A DNA stretch of 64,000 nucleotides from Tubiluchus corallicola (lineage: Eukaryota; Animalia; Priapulida): NCBI GenBank assembly GCA_030141605.1, contig JAQGDQ010000008.1:124001-188000 (forward strand), given 5' to 3'. This document shows positions 36,201 to 49,385 of the stretch, in pieces (positions within the stretch are counted from its first letter, which is position 1; every line of letters starts with the position of its first letter). Both the position numbers and the translations under genes were made by a program. Under the pieces are notes generated by a model. It did not search any database. It was not told where the DNA came from and saw nothing but the letters and a program-made list of their open reading frames with translations.

Positions 36201-39200
36201 AAAATAGCCATGCATGCTGTGACAGCATTTATTTCAAATTGTCTATTAGTGGTATTGAATATTTGCTAATACTCTAAAGAGCACATCCCTCTCAGCAGTA
36301 CTACGACAGTGCTACCAGCTGTATGTAAACCACAATCACCAGCACGTGCAATTACACCTAATTCTTCTAATACTTCTAATTAAAGGGAAATAGCACTTTC
36401 TGAAGTATGGTGTAGATCAATTCCCTTGTAGCATAGTTTAAAATCGCTTACCTTTTAACAAAATGAAACTGTTTTGCCAAGTGAAACAGCTAAGCTTGTT
36501 AATTTTTTGACAAAAGCAGCCTGTTTCCCGACATCTTGATTTTACTGTGGCGTGATGTCATAATGTGGGACACACACAGCTAGTTACTGTATTTACAAAG
36601 GTAACTAGGCATTTCTTTTTAATTATTTTTTAGTTTTACGATATATTTTGCAGCATAAAAAATGCGCTTCAATTAACAATTAACCGAACTCAAAATTCAT
36701 GTATGCACTGTACATGTACCCGCTGTTTAGAACTCCAGCAACAATAAGTGTTGGTCACTAGTGATAACCATACATCAGGGTGGAGTGCACTCCGTTGATT
36801 TATAACGTCAAACTATAATAAGGCAGCCTGGTCTTACAAAAATAAACTCGATTCTACTTTGAATAGCTAATGTATACAACACCATCACCCGCCCAACAAA
36901 TGTAATATCTTAATTATATCACAATTTAAGAGCTTGATTTAAAAATACTAGATCAATCATATTACATTCAACGTTTGGACAACATTTGCTCTAAAAACTG
37001 ATTAGATGGATAAAAAATTTTACAGAATGATTATTTTCAAATCATTAACTAACTAGCTGTCCTCTTAACTCCAATATTTTCGTATTATTGCTGTATGCGC
37101 GTATTATTAACAAGCTGAAGAGCAAAGGAAGTGAGTCATCAAATTTAATCAGTAATTAAACAATTACCAAGAGACGGTGAGTGTAATCATTGTCATTGAA
37201 AGTGGTTGCTGCAGACGTAAGCCCACTGCAGAAAGAGTTGGGCACTGCAATTTTGGAATGTTTCTCTTCTTTCATGCATGCAGGCTATTTTGCAGCCATC
37301 TGCGATGGCAATTCCTATCACTAGGCTCAGAGAAGTTTTCGTTGTGTTGACATTAGTGTCGAACAGAACAGTGATTATAACTTTTTATTTTATGCTAATC
37401 AGTACTGTTGGGCATGATAATAATCACAAGTAACTTGGAAATATTGTAATATCGGCCATAAGTCATTTGTTCAAATGAGCCATAAAGTTTAAATTTTGGC
37501 CTTGTTTTGCAAAGACAAGATTCTGTTCCATTTAATATTAATATGTCTTTCTTAACAATGTTCAGATGTATAGGTGGTTAATGCTACAAACAACATTGTT
37601 GAGGACACTAACCCAACTCAACGCCCTACTCGAATGATATCGCTACAGAAAAATTACGGGGTTTTAATGGGTTGCTCTCTCGATTAACCCATGGTCGTAC
37701 AATCATATGAAAGAATAAAAAATATAATTTTCGAGTGATAACATGCATAAACATTGCAAACCAATTTCATGGTGTCTTCGTGGCAAATCACCTAACACTC
37801 ATGATGTCATGATCACGATTCACACTTCAAAATTAATATGGCAAAAAGCAGTGTTTCACGGTGAGAAATTTGGAAGTTTAATTGCTTTACATACTATCAA
37901 AGCTTTAGCTTCATTGAAAAGGTATGAGCATTTCACTTTCACACTAAGAACGTTAATTTAAACTTCACTTTATAAAATGTTTCCATTCCTTTTTAAGCAT
38001 GCACATCTGTGAGTTGCAATTTCTGAAGTGGTCAAAATGATTAGAACAATTATGCCATGCCTGTAGAAGTTCAGTTAGCTTTGTAAAAAGGGTTTGTGTG
38101 AGCAATAAGGACTTCCATGTCCATTTAAGAACCAAATGATTTTGTAAGCAGTCCATTACTTCCCTAGGACATCTCAATCTTGTTGTTTATTTTAAGAACT
38201 AATTTTTTCACAATGAAGACAAAGAACCTTTTTTTCTTTTTTAGTTCTTAGTCCATTAAATCTTCTACAAGCTATGCTGCATTCTGCAACTGCCTGTAAG
38301 TAAAGACAATGCGGAAAAATTGCTTACTTATGAAACATGTGAGCACATGGCAGAACACGAGCAGATTCCATTTTATCCCAACATATGGCGCAGTCGTCAT
38401 TGTTACGTGCCAACTCGTCTGCTGACGCCATCGGATAGCTAGAAATGCAAATATTACGACTACAATCATGATGCACAATTGGTCTTGGAAAAAATTACAA
38501 GTGAACACAAAAATAAGTTACATTTACTTTTAAACACTTTGATATACAATTTGATGTGTAGTTCAATGCAATAAGAATGCTAATTAAGATGAAAAAAATC
38601 GCTTAAATTCAAAGTAAGCATACTTTGTCTCCATGTGATGTACAACACGCAGGTAGTTCTTGTGTTTTTTTATTCTTCGTTGCATTTCGTGGAACAGATA
38701 GCGCAATTGCATGCAGATGACGAGGCTCGCCATACTCAAGAAAATGTTGCCCCACATCTAAAAAAACATAAACACAACTTTAGTGATAACTATTTTACCT
38801 TAATAGCAGTAGTTCAATTTAAAGCAATGCTGAGTGATCAACAGCATAAGCTTGCCTATGATAGTTAAGCAGCACCGAGCCTCATTAGTAAATGGATTGG
38901 CAAATGCCCAGGAAACTGCTTCTAGGTGGATTTATCTGCAACACACTCACTCCTGTTATTTCTGCTGATGTGCTAGAATGTTCACACATCCAGATGTCAC
39001 TAAGGCACCTCTACTGGTTTACTGTTTTGTCTCGGAGAATTAACCTTGATAATTAGCTAGATTCTGGTTCTACCACAACAGTGTATTAATGGTTGTAAGC
39101 CCCGACAATGACTGCTAGATACAGGCATGCAGTTTGCTAAAAGATACATAAAGAAAGATTGATATAGTTCAAGGCGTAACACCGTGAAAAATTATTAATA

Positions 39201-42200
39201 TCGTTAATATTATTAACATTACAAGAGAAGCACTTATTCAATAGATACACGCACAGGATTTGACTGTGACTTATTATCGTAACTGCCTGGAAAAATGCTC
39301 ACTCTGGGCGGTTTCATTCGCTATGTTGACTCTCGTTGTCTACCTCATCCAGGAAGAATGTATAACCAGAATTCTATTTATTCACAGAAACAACTAAGTG
39401 TACGATAGGCTAACGCAGTAAACAACCAAACTAAAAAAACATATCTCACCAGCATATGTACATGATGGCAAAAATCAACAGAAAGTGCGGCCAGTTCAAA
39501 TATGAGCTCCGTGTAATAAATGTAGCTGCCACGATTCTCCCAAACACCTTCGTTATTCAGGTCCCAAAGGTGTATTGCATAGCGGACGATGACGTACAAC
39601 GTCCGAATTGTCAACAGAAAACACTGAAATTTAAAACCAAAGCAAATATAGACACCTGGAATTATACAGATGACGGTTACTGTTACTGAAAACTTACTCT
39701 TAAGCAGCATTCTAACTTGAATAATTTACGTCAATAACAAAAACTTGTACTTAGTCCCATGAGTTTCTAAGCGCACGTTCTCACGCTTGCTTTAGTACCT
39801 AATTAATATGAATAAATACATAGAAAGTCCAATTTCTTTTCATCAAGTCCCCTATTTGTGGATTTTTTACCAAAATTTTATTTCCCTGTTAAGAACAGCA
39901 TCACTTGCTTCAAATGGCGCCTTACAAGTACGTGCCATCGCTAGCAAATGAGTAGAAGAATCCGGTTTTTATTGACCTGAACTCCTATGTCCATTTCTCT
40001 CTTGTAACCCACTGACCTTGTGTTTTGAGTGATTAGTATAAAAAAGGAAATTTCTATAGACAGCACTGACTATTGATACAACAACTGTCACTATTCACTG
40101 AATATTTAGGATGTACACTGAATTATTTATGCACCATATTTGCAATTGGTTCCAACAAATATTTTATTGAGTACATATTCATGTTGACATATAATGCCAA
40201 AAGCACATATGCTGATAGTATGTGTTTCCAATCCTGTTTATACAAGATAACTGTGTTTGCTGCATGTCTGGGTTAAACTCCTTTAAAAATATACAATTTA
40301 TACTTGTAAGGCTATAACTATGTATTCGGTAGTTAGCTAGTAACCATTAAAATTGTCATGTAAAATAGTTTTAGAAAACCTCACTAGAAATTATTTTGTA
40401 TTCAGTTAAACAAAAATATACACAATTAGACAAAGTTAAAATTAAACACAGTTAACCTACCTCTGCTGCCATAAAAGCAAATGTGTTTAGGCCTGCATGC
40501 AGACCCACAAAACAGCATACGACCAGAAGGCCAACGGAAACAACCAGTATGCTAGAGAGAAGAATTAGAAGACGGACGTGTGTCGCTCGCGGTGTGCTAG
40601 GAGAAAATGACAGCTGAAAGGTAAATAATAACAGAAGGTAAACAACATAAAATAACATTTAAATCATCACCTGCTGTTTTAACAAATTATCATTGTTAAA
40701 CTGCTCGATTCATTATATCAGAAAATGTTCATAAAGAACACTACATGTCTCAGGATTGCAAGATGACGGCGTAGTTTGTAAGACCAAGCTTACCTAAATA
40801 CATTAAAATTTAGCCAAATATGAGTGAAAAATAGCCAAATTCAATTTTGCAACGACCAAAGATCAACATTTATTTTAATCAACCAAGGGCGGCCATGTTA
40901 TCAATAATGGTTACAATTTTAAGTTAATACATCATTCTAATGAAACATCCTTCATTGTTGCACCTATTTAGCTAGTTATGCCAAAAAATTAAGGTAACTG
41001 AACAATGGGTCACACAAATCACAAGGACAACTGATTTTGTGTTACGCATTTTTTTAAATTTTGAGGCCTGATCATTGTGATCACATTGGACATTAGAAAA
41101 ACATCTATGCTAGGAATCTGCTATGATCATCAGAAAAAGAAAAACTTCTATGCTAGAAATCTACTATAATCATCAGCAAAGATTTCCAAGTCTAAGTTAT
41201 TATACATTTTCTGTCAACTTACTTTCATAACTACACTGGTTCCAATAAGCTCATAACAATGTGCAGAAAAAACAAGCAAAATCAAGTGTACCAACATGTT
41301 TACTTGATACGAAAACTTAATTCGAAATTGACATTAACATTTGATTGGCAATGAACTTCTTTTAACCTGAGCAATTTTTTTCCAGTTTGACCAGCGAATA
41401 TTAAAATTAATGAAAAGACATTAAGTGACATAGCTACTATGTACAGGGCAAAAACTACAAATCTACTGCATCAAAATAGTTTTATATACTCACCAGTTAT
41501 TTGCCATTATTACAATTAAATATGTTTACCGATCAAGGTTCATGTTTAGTTATACAGTTCTTTCACTTGGTTTTGAAGAACTTTGCAAGGGCAAAAATAG
41601 AAATGTTCAAATAATTATACACAATGGATATGTAATATCCAGTATTTGCAATTTCTCGGCCCACTTAAATTACAAGATCGGAATTTAGGACTGAGACTGA
41701 CCTATCGAGACCCCGCCGAAATCGAGACTGATAAACAGCTATTAAATAATTAAACATTCAGACTGACTTGCTGAAATGAACATTGAAACAGCACAGAATC
41801 CGATAACATTATTAATAGCATTACAGTCGGCAATTTCAAGTCTTTCAAATGCATTTTCATCATATAAAATCTGTAACAATAAGAATAAATTAATTAAACT
41901 ATGATTAGTTTGTCAGTTTTATTGGTATAGCTTACATACTAGTCACTGGTACGAATATATACAGTGATCTGCCAATTAGTTTTATTAAACTTTATGAGTT
42001 CTTTGGTGACACTTTCCCAATTGTAATGCCAGTTGAACGATTCTATCGTATAACCGAGTGCTTACACTAATCGATTATTTAGCTTCTCAGCATATGTTGA
42101 TGGAATTGTTATGGAACCAGTATTATGATAAATTTTTATCAGTTTTTACTAAAAGTGACTACGGAAACCAAAGCCTGTACAAATCTTATAATCTCCACGA

Positions 42201-43830
42201 GACTGAGACCGGTACTAGCCTTGCAGCAAACACTGGTGGTAAAGTCTGTCTCTGTTTCTCTGTCTCTCCTTCTTTCTCCTTCTTGCTCCTTCTGTCAGGA
42301 ACTCTCTCACAGTTTTCATCTTTGCCTCTTGGTTTTAGGTTTCGAACAGTAAGCCAGGAAATTAAAACTAATAGCAGTAATTACTAGTGTCAGTTGATAA
42401 CAGAAGGTACTTACATATTCAAATCTGTCTTTGCAAAGTTGAACTAGAATATGCTTAAACCCAAGGAGAGAGAACCATGCACACCACATGATGATCTCAT
42501 CAATGTACTGGACGTTCATCACTCCAAAGATAAAAATGAACTTATAAAAAACGAAGTTCCAAAACTTATCTTTGATGTGCTAAAAAAGTAGAAAATTTTA
42601 CTTTGTTACAAAAATGAAGTCACAGCAGTCAGACAAGGGACAAAGTCATCTACATCAGTGCAAATATATTTCTTCATATAAATATGAGATTCTTCCAATT
42701 GTAACAAATGGTAATTAACTTCCATCATAGGTAAATCCGTGAAGGGGATTAAGACCAACAGTATTTTATATATTACACAAAAAAGTAAATGTTGTCTAAT
42801 ACACAGACCCTGTTAAATGGCCTTAAAGGTATCTACGTCACTAAAAGTGTATTTGAAATTTGGAAAATCAGACCATTTTTGCAAACATCCTAAAATTTCC
42901 GAATAAATGAAAATTAAAATAACTCACAGAAACATTTCTGAACAAAAACTAAAAACTTAAAGATTTAGTACAAACTGCAAACACTTTTCGTCGAGAGAAT
43001 TTCAACATCGTGAAATCACATTTCACGATTGCATCACATACCTGCTGCTCGCTGACTCTCAAATCACCGAATACCATTTTCTGAATTCCCTTTCCCAGAA
43101 GAACCAAGCAGCAATAAGCCATATTGATTAGCGTCTAAAACCAATGAACGTGCATTCAATTAGTCAATGATGTAAATCACACAAACCACTACAACTCCAA
43201 AATTAATAAAAACTGTTGAACATTAACATCAGCCAAAAACTTGAAAACTGATTTAAAATCTTGGATCTTTTTAATCTGAAACTTGACTTAACCACTACAA
43301 GGGCTTGGACTCGACTTGGCGTTGGGCCAAAGTGATTTGGAATATGGCTCTGACTCCCTGAAGATTCAGCATTCCACTCGGGCTCTAACACTGGCCAAGG
43401 TACAACAAAAATGGCCCCTGAATGACAACGATCATTAAAAATCTTCCAGTACTTTGCTGCTAATTTGCAATATTGGCTGGTAGTTGCCCAGTAAATATTG
43501 TGCATCATGACAAATTCTATATAATAGAATAACACAATAAAGACATACCCAAGTGCACCAGGGCTCATCTACCATCACACCCAAGAAAGTGATAATAGTC
43601 GCCGATGCGTTATTGTTTGGAACCAGCGAATCACTATCAAACGACTCATCTGCTATAATGGTCGTATTTGAAGAATTCTTTGCTTCTTCGTAGGCATCAA
43701 GCTGCTCTTCCAGCACCCTGACTGTCACTTGCTGAGCATGAAATAATGCAGATGCAAACAGCACTAGGCTCAAAGCTGTGTAGGTTTCTAGTCTTGGCAA
43801 TGGCAATCTGTCTAATACTGTCACAGGCAT
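30267..43830 (-). CDS. AMFR: E3 ubiquitin-protein ligase AMFR/gp78 (ERAD), about 648 aa
   Basis: Exons 43830-43549, 43134-43042, 42579-42415, 40613-40461, 39623-39450, 38757-38624, 38438-38328, 36081-35912, 34857-34748, 34380-34255, 32971-32909, 32741-32641, 31905-31798 and 30423-30267, phases consistent, 1947 nt. N-terminus MPVTVLDRLPLPRLETYT; TM region VFGDLRVSEQQHIKDKFWNFVFYKFIFIFGV; RING-H2 [82 protein letters not shown]; G2BR SRFSKSPLEREAMLKKRKELLLKQARKKY; VIM RRNLMFQAAQRRL. Confidence 0.96.
30588..31539 (-). mobile_element. pogo/Tigger-family MITE, copy B, in the last AMFR intron
   Basis: Same TIR family (CAGTAGGTGCCGCTTAATAGACTCAC ... TGAGTCTATTAAGCAGCGCCTACTG), TA flanks, internally colinear with copy A. 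Retains PAPPSVQALQAL..LLRDKMKQPTLKE. Confidence 0.92.
33630..33735 (-). mobile_element. tRNA-derived SINE-like remnant
   Basis: Minus strand GGGACTGCTAATCCCAGGTTTCAGGTTCAAGGCCC gives an anticodon-arm-like stem and a B-box-like GGTTCAAG, but no complete cloverleaf. Confidence 0.35.
34421..34503. mobile_element. 83-bp foldback element with 8-bp terminal inverted repeats and ATCA direct repeats
   Basis: ATCA-TGGTCTTG...CAAGACCA-ATCA, with inner pairings GTGCC/GGCAC and GGTT/AACC. Confidence 0.55.
35185..35546. mobile_element. Degenerate MITE with a GGGGCCATCCAT terminus (PIF/Harbinger-like, TTA/TAA flanks)
   Basis: tta-GGGGCCATCCATTTAC left end; internal direct repeat acctaccta..ttgcgt.ataatgg.gtt.tca occurs twice; decayed right end ttatttgtggtttcc-taa. 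Confidence 0.45.
41640..42235 (+). mobile_element. Non-autonomous hAT-like element in AMFR intron 3 (uninterrupted relative of 19990-21292)
   Basis: Ends CAGTATTTGC ... GCAAACACTG (imperfect TIR); subterminal GAGACTGA-type motifs; similarity to the split copy in WRNIP1 intron 1. No clear TSD. Confidence 0.65.
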
Positions 43831-44907
43831 TTTCTACACGTGTATATATTTGAACAGATCTTAATTCACCCCATGCTTGGTGTACACATACGGTCTCATT
43901 CCTCGAAAGTCACACACATATATAAAGCTGTGTTGTTATAATACTCAGTTGGTAAACTCGTATTTTTTTAAAAAGTCAATGAAGTCACTAGAACATATGA
44001 AAAAAATACATTTTAACCATATGAAAAAACTGATTAAAGACACACTGATTAAATAAACATATAAGACTTAAACACAAGAATAGGCAAAATACTGCTCAAA
44101 CATCAGCATAAACTGCATCTGGTAAAAAATGTCTCATAACATCCCTAATGCAAACAGGCAACTTTTTATCCTGATGGAAAATTTTATTACACATTTATTT
44201 TGAGTTTGACTTGGTTTTGCTTCCAGATATTAGGTCACCTTTAGGTGTACACTGTACATGACCAATGCAGTTATGTTCATATAAAAATTAAACAGGTTTA
44301 TAAGCATTCTGTCAATAAGTGCTAGTGCTATATAAATTGCATATGATAGGTAACTACATCACATTTTACACTTTAGCGGACTGCCAGATCAAAATTATTA
44401 AAATATGAAAAAAAACTTGCTCTCTTTAACTAATGCTTACACATGTAAAGTGGACATTACATTTTGTCAATGTAATTGCTAATGTTTTTTACAAATCAAA
44501 AACAATTCTATTTGATGCTTAAATTAAGTTGTCACGATTCATCAATGTATTTTGCTCCAGCTTGCTGTTGTACATTTGTTTTTTCAACTTATTTCAAGCT
44601 GGATTTAATGTTAATGCATTCTAACGAATGCACTAGTGACAGGTAAAATTATTGGAAGAAGCGTCAGCCTACATGCCACATGCACCTAGTTAGAATGAGT
44701 AGTAACTACAGTCTAGCTGTCACTTATTAAATCTCATTTAATAGCAAATTTATTCATCTCTCTGCTTGTCCTTAGTCATCAAATAATTTGTTATGGTTAC
44801 CAGGGCCACTTCTCTATCTAATACAAAAAGAAAAAGTGATCCTCAATCATGGAATTCCTATTATTATGTCACAAGTTTAGTATTACAAGTCTAGACACTG
44901 ACCATAA

Positions 44908-45088
44908 TAGTAGTATGTGAGTCAATTAGCTGACGTAAAACTACTAGTGTCTTACAATGCAAAAACTGTAGTGAATTTTAAGAGCAACCCAAGCAGTCAG
45001 TAGCGTATGAGTCAAAGGTTGCCACAAAACTGCTAGTGGTTTACAATGGAAAAGTGAAAGGTGCTTCAAAAGCAACTCGAGAAGTCTG
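44908..45088. repeat. Diverged two-copy tandem repeat, about 91 bp unit
   Basis: tag..tgagtcaa..aaaact.ctagtg..ttacaatg.aaa..gagcaac occurs twice. Confidence 0.55.
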
Positions 45089-45899
45089 AGCAACTCTAGT
45101 TAAGAACAATGCATTTAAGACAATGTAACATTACTTCAGGCAAAAGTGAAACAATTTTTCCAAGCAATGAGAAGCGACAAATAGTCCAATAAAATACTCT
45201 TACCTAAAACATAAAAACTAAATTATTCAAAGTTCTGATATAAAATTCACCGGGACTCTTTGACTGGACAAATAAAATGAAAAGAGTTGAAATCTAGATT
45301 TTGAGAACTAAGGAAATCGGAAGTTGGAGCTAATAGGAGTTTAAGGACACCACAAAAACGTTTGTACAAAGCATTTTACTGGAAAAATCCCAATTTCAAG
45401 CTCAGGTACCACTTCCCAGTTTAACAGCACTTTTTCCAACCAACAGCTGTTTTCACCCTGAAAACTTTTTTCTTCAGTACTTTTGGAACGCTAGCTGTAA
45501 AAGCTCTGACTGAGAATGCATTGCTAGCAGACAACATGCAGCTAAACCTTTTTTGCTCAATAAAATTCATGTAGCGGTCCAATAAAATTTATGTAGTCAA
45601 AATAAAATAGACGGAGGATATTAAAAACTTAAAAAGCAAAGAATTAAATTAAATACTACCATAAGTAAGTAGATAAAAACAATTAGCCTATTAAGTATTA
45701 TTGCATCAACTTTGGAATACCGTATACGGACGATGCGGCTAGGCTTCCGGATGTGTTATATTGTCACTAAAAGTTTATTTTAGCATCACTTTCACAACAG
45801 AAGTTAGTTAATACGCAAAAATTAAAAACCCAAGCTGAAACTTAATTCCATCACTTACAAATTTATAATGCGCAATAAATCAAAATCACCAAAAACAAT

Positions 45900-46635
45900 C
45901 AACGCATGCCACACCTGGGAGTACTGCAAATGGAGCTCTAAATTCAGGCACACCGGTTCACAGTAAGAAGTTTAAACCATAAGGCACACGGAGTAGCAGT
46001 TCTGAGGGAGAAAGAAATGTAAAAACGTATTTTTACCAATGTTAGAATAGGAAATTCCCGGAAATAGAGCGAAAACATAAAAGAAACGATAGTGATGTTT
46101 GAAATAGATACAAATGGGGAGAGATTAAAACAGATAACTATATCTAAACGTAGTGATTAGTAAATATTTAGAAAAAAATGCGAAAAAGTGTCAGAAAACG
46201 AAAAAACTGTGATTTATGGAAAATGCTACAGAATCTTGAAGTCTTGAAAAGTGGAGTCATCCAGTGAATTATGTAATTAAGTAACCAAAGACAGTCTACG
46301 AAATAACAGAATGGAAACTGAATATGATTAAAGTGAAAACAAATTTAAAAAAAAAGTTCAAGGATGACTTGAGATGTCCTTTGTGTAAAATTCATGAAAA
46401 TACAATGGAACGTTAAATGTGTGGGAAAGCTTTACATATTAATAGGTGAAGAAGATAATTATTATTTTTATAGATTTAGGTTTTAAAACATTTGGAACAG
46501 AAAAATTTGTAATGATCACTACCAGAATACAGAAAGTAATGAAGTGCTAGACAGAAAATGGGTTTAAAAATAGAAATTCAATATCATAAATTCATGTCTA
46601 CAGCACCACGTTGTGGGTACAGTATGTTAAATGTA
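45900..46635 (+). mobile_element. Decayed 3' end of a non-LTR retrotransposon with C-terminal zinc finger
   Basis: Frame at 46261: WKLNMIKVKTNLKKKFKDDLRCPLCKIHENTMER*MC, resembling the recalled LINE ORF2 CCHC tail (RxxMIxVKxNFK..CPLC..DTxEH..C). In-frame stops present. Confidence 0.55.
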
Positions 46636-48496
46636 GCATTTTTGGCTCGCTATTAGGACTTGCGCTTTCCTTCTGCCCTGGATCTAGCCTAGCTACTAAC
46701 ATTATGGTTCAGAGGTTAGTGTGAACCATTCGAACCACTTGAGTTGGTGCTGTTGGGTGAGCATTCTCAAAAAGGTTTATGCAGAGCTCTGGTTTTGATA
46801 AGCCTCAGCTGGATACTAGAAAGCAGATACGAGATACTGGATACTATAATTGATTTTCAAATTTGAATCAAACTGAATTTAAAATTTTCGAATACGAGTC
46901 GAATTCGAACTCATTTTAAAGATTTTCGAATAAATTTTCTAATCGCTAATGAAAGATAGTTCACAAAGAACATGTTTATTATATCGTTTGATTTTGTTCT
47001 GCAGTAAATCACACATATTTGTTTAAAAATTGTATACAAAAATCACAACTAAATTGAGCTGATTGGCATGATTGCATGCTGCTTCAAACGCTTTAATGAT
47101 AAAGAACTTTACTAAAGTGATGAATTATTCGAATCCATAAATAAACGTTCGAATATCGAATTCGAACTTTCAATTCTCACCCCTAGGGCCACAACTATTA
47201 TAATATATGCATATATGTATACAGCAGCATTATAGCTTTGTTAGAAAACAACCCCTACATTTTCCAAAGACATCCATATATAATAATTTATTGTGGCTAT
47301 ACCTTTTTTTATTAATGAATAATATTATTCCAGAACCTGTACGTATTAATAGACTGATTTATAATATCTACGTTAAATGAGGCAGAATTCAAACAAGCAT
47401 TATCTGATGGGTGTTATTTATATCAATTTTAATTTAATCACAATATTTGTGATAACGATCATGGCCATAAATGCATGTATAATACGCCCACTACAGTGAG
47501 TAACAAAAATCTTTTATTAGGGGTTAGAAAAACAACGAATAATCAATTAGTACGGAATTATTTGTGGCACCAAAGCATTACTCAGTCAACTGGAAATCTA
47601 TCACAACCTCGATGTTAGTATGGACGTTATACACGTGCACGTTAAGCACCTTAAGCTCTTGGGGCTATCATTATCAATGGAAACTCTCAGTATTTAGTAT
47701 ACTCAAGATCGTCTAACACAACTTGCAGATGTTTCATGAGCTTGTGTTTTGAATTATATTGAACAACAGTATATTTTTGGATCATCTAGCTTTCACTCAA
47801 CGGCTCAGCCTTTAATTCATGCCTTTCCTGCTTTTTAATCTGTTCTGCAAGGCTGAGGTCGTGAATTTCCTAAATATTTCCTGCTTTAATCATACTCCTC
47901 TACATATTTCAGGGTATGCTACATTCACAATACGTCCACTGCTAGATGCGCATCTACACTAAATATTGAAGAAGACATTGACATAGATTCCCAGTGCTTA
48001 ATTCAGCAATATCTTGATGCAATAACTTATTCCTTTACCCATCTATTTTGCAACCTTCTCCCCCCCCTCATAACAATTGGTCACGTTTATACCACCCTAT
48101 ACTTGCAATAACTCTAATCATTGTTCAAGATGATAGTCGCAATGACAGCAATGCATAACAGGTATACTGTACAAATACTTTAGCAATTGCTGATGCTGAC
48201 AATAACAATTGTATAATGTTATATCTTTTGTTTTTTTGTTAATCTGGCGTAATTCTCTTCTTTGAAATCGTCTGGCTCGGTTTGATGGGTCCCGTTTTAT
48301 CACCCTGTTTCCTTTTCTCTTTCCTCTTTTCTTTTCCACGTTTCTTCTAGTCCTTTTATGCTCTAATTTTCACCTTTTATCTGGCAACGATTCTATTCCA
48401 CTTTTTTTTCCATCACTATTCAACTAATATATTTCCAAAAATATTAAATGCAATTAGTCTCTGTTAAGTATTGATTAACACGTAACTGGACCTTAC

Positions 48497-48746
48497 TGGG
48501 TGTTCACAGATTAAAACTCCTTCAAATAATTGATTCGCTTTTTCCGGCAACCAGCTAGTACTGAAAGTCTGGAAATTCTATATTATTTTTCCAAATTTTA
48601 GAATGTCACAGACTGATAGGAATTGGTTACTACTTTAACGCCGAATGAAGTGCTGAAATCAAATTAATCGGCTTCGGGCGAACTTCGAAAATGAAAACAG
48701 TCTGCACAGTGCAAGTCATTAATTTTACTAAACACATGGAAAGAAT
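48497..48746. promoter_or_regulatory. Candidate bidirectional promoter with non-coding first exons of AMFR (-) and the USP gene (+)
   Basis: Outward-facing donors: minus-strand CCCA|GTAAGG at 48497 and plus-strand GAAT|GTAAGG at 48746, around a short segment with several CpGs. The USP ATG exon is preceded by an acceptor (tactag, 49370), which implies an upstream exon. Confidence 0.4.
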
Positions 48747-49385
48747 GTAAGGATGAATCTTTCTTCTGTCACTATTTGCAGTAATTCCATTTATCGTTAC
48801 TCAACCAGTTCAGTTTTAAGTTTGTGGCTAAATTTTAAGATGTATTGTATTACCAAGTGCTATATGCTTGTCACTGTCATAAGTGTCAGCGTAACATGTA
48901 CGGTGGTACCTACTTACTTTTATCTTGACACGCACATACATTATACAGACACTATGTAGGACGTTTGCACTTGTCGGACATTCTCCTGTACTGCCTCACC
49001 TCGTACCGAGCCGCCACGTACGTACTGCCTTGCTGGATACTGCAGTGCCGTCACTGCCCTGCATTGCCTTGCTATATATCACCTTGTTATGCGTATGCAT
49101 GACACAGCAAGACAGTACACGACGCCACATAATTTTTTATATGTGGCTCCGTGGTACACTGGAATTTCAAGCAAGCACAGATGTCCCACCTTGTGTTTTA
49201 TTTAAATTTTAATGTTTTCTAATGTAACTGTTTAATATAATACGGTGTTATAATAATGATGTTAATAATACAAGGTGCGACAAAAATTTTAGTTCCATTA
49301 TAAAGTCATAGGTGGCACCTGTGTTACTGTTAGTCTGTTAAAATTCTGATCTGAGGAGTCTGATTACTAGTTGGTTGAACAAACA

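Noticed and set aside
42207-42350. Possible alternative AMFR exon (charged peptide PRGKDENCERVPDRRSKKEKE)
   Set aside because: Purine-rich low-complexity sequence that runs into a transposon end and a stop; the flanking exons already join in frame into the canonical sequence.
46780-47185. hAT-like MITE with TTCGAA-rich repeats ending CACCCCTA
   Set aside because: Only one plausible terminus and no TSD, so boundaries cannot be supported.
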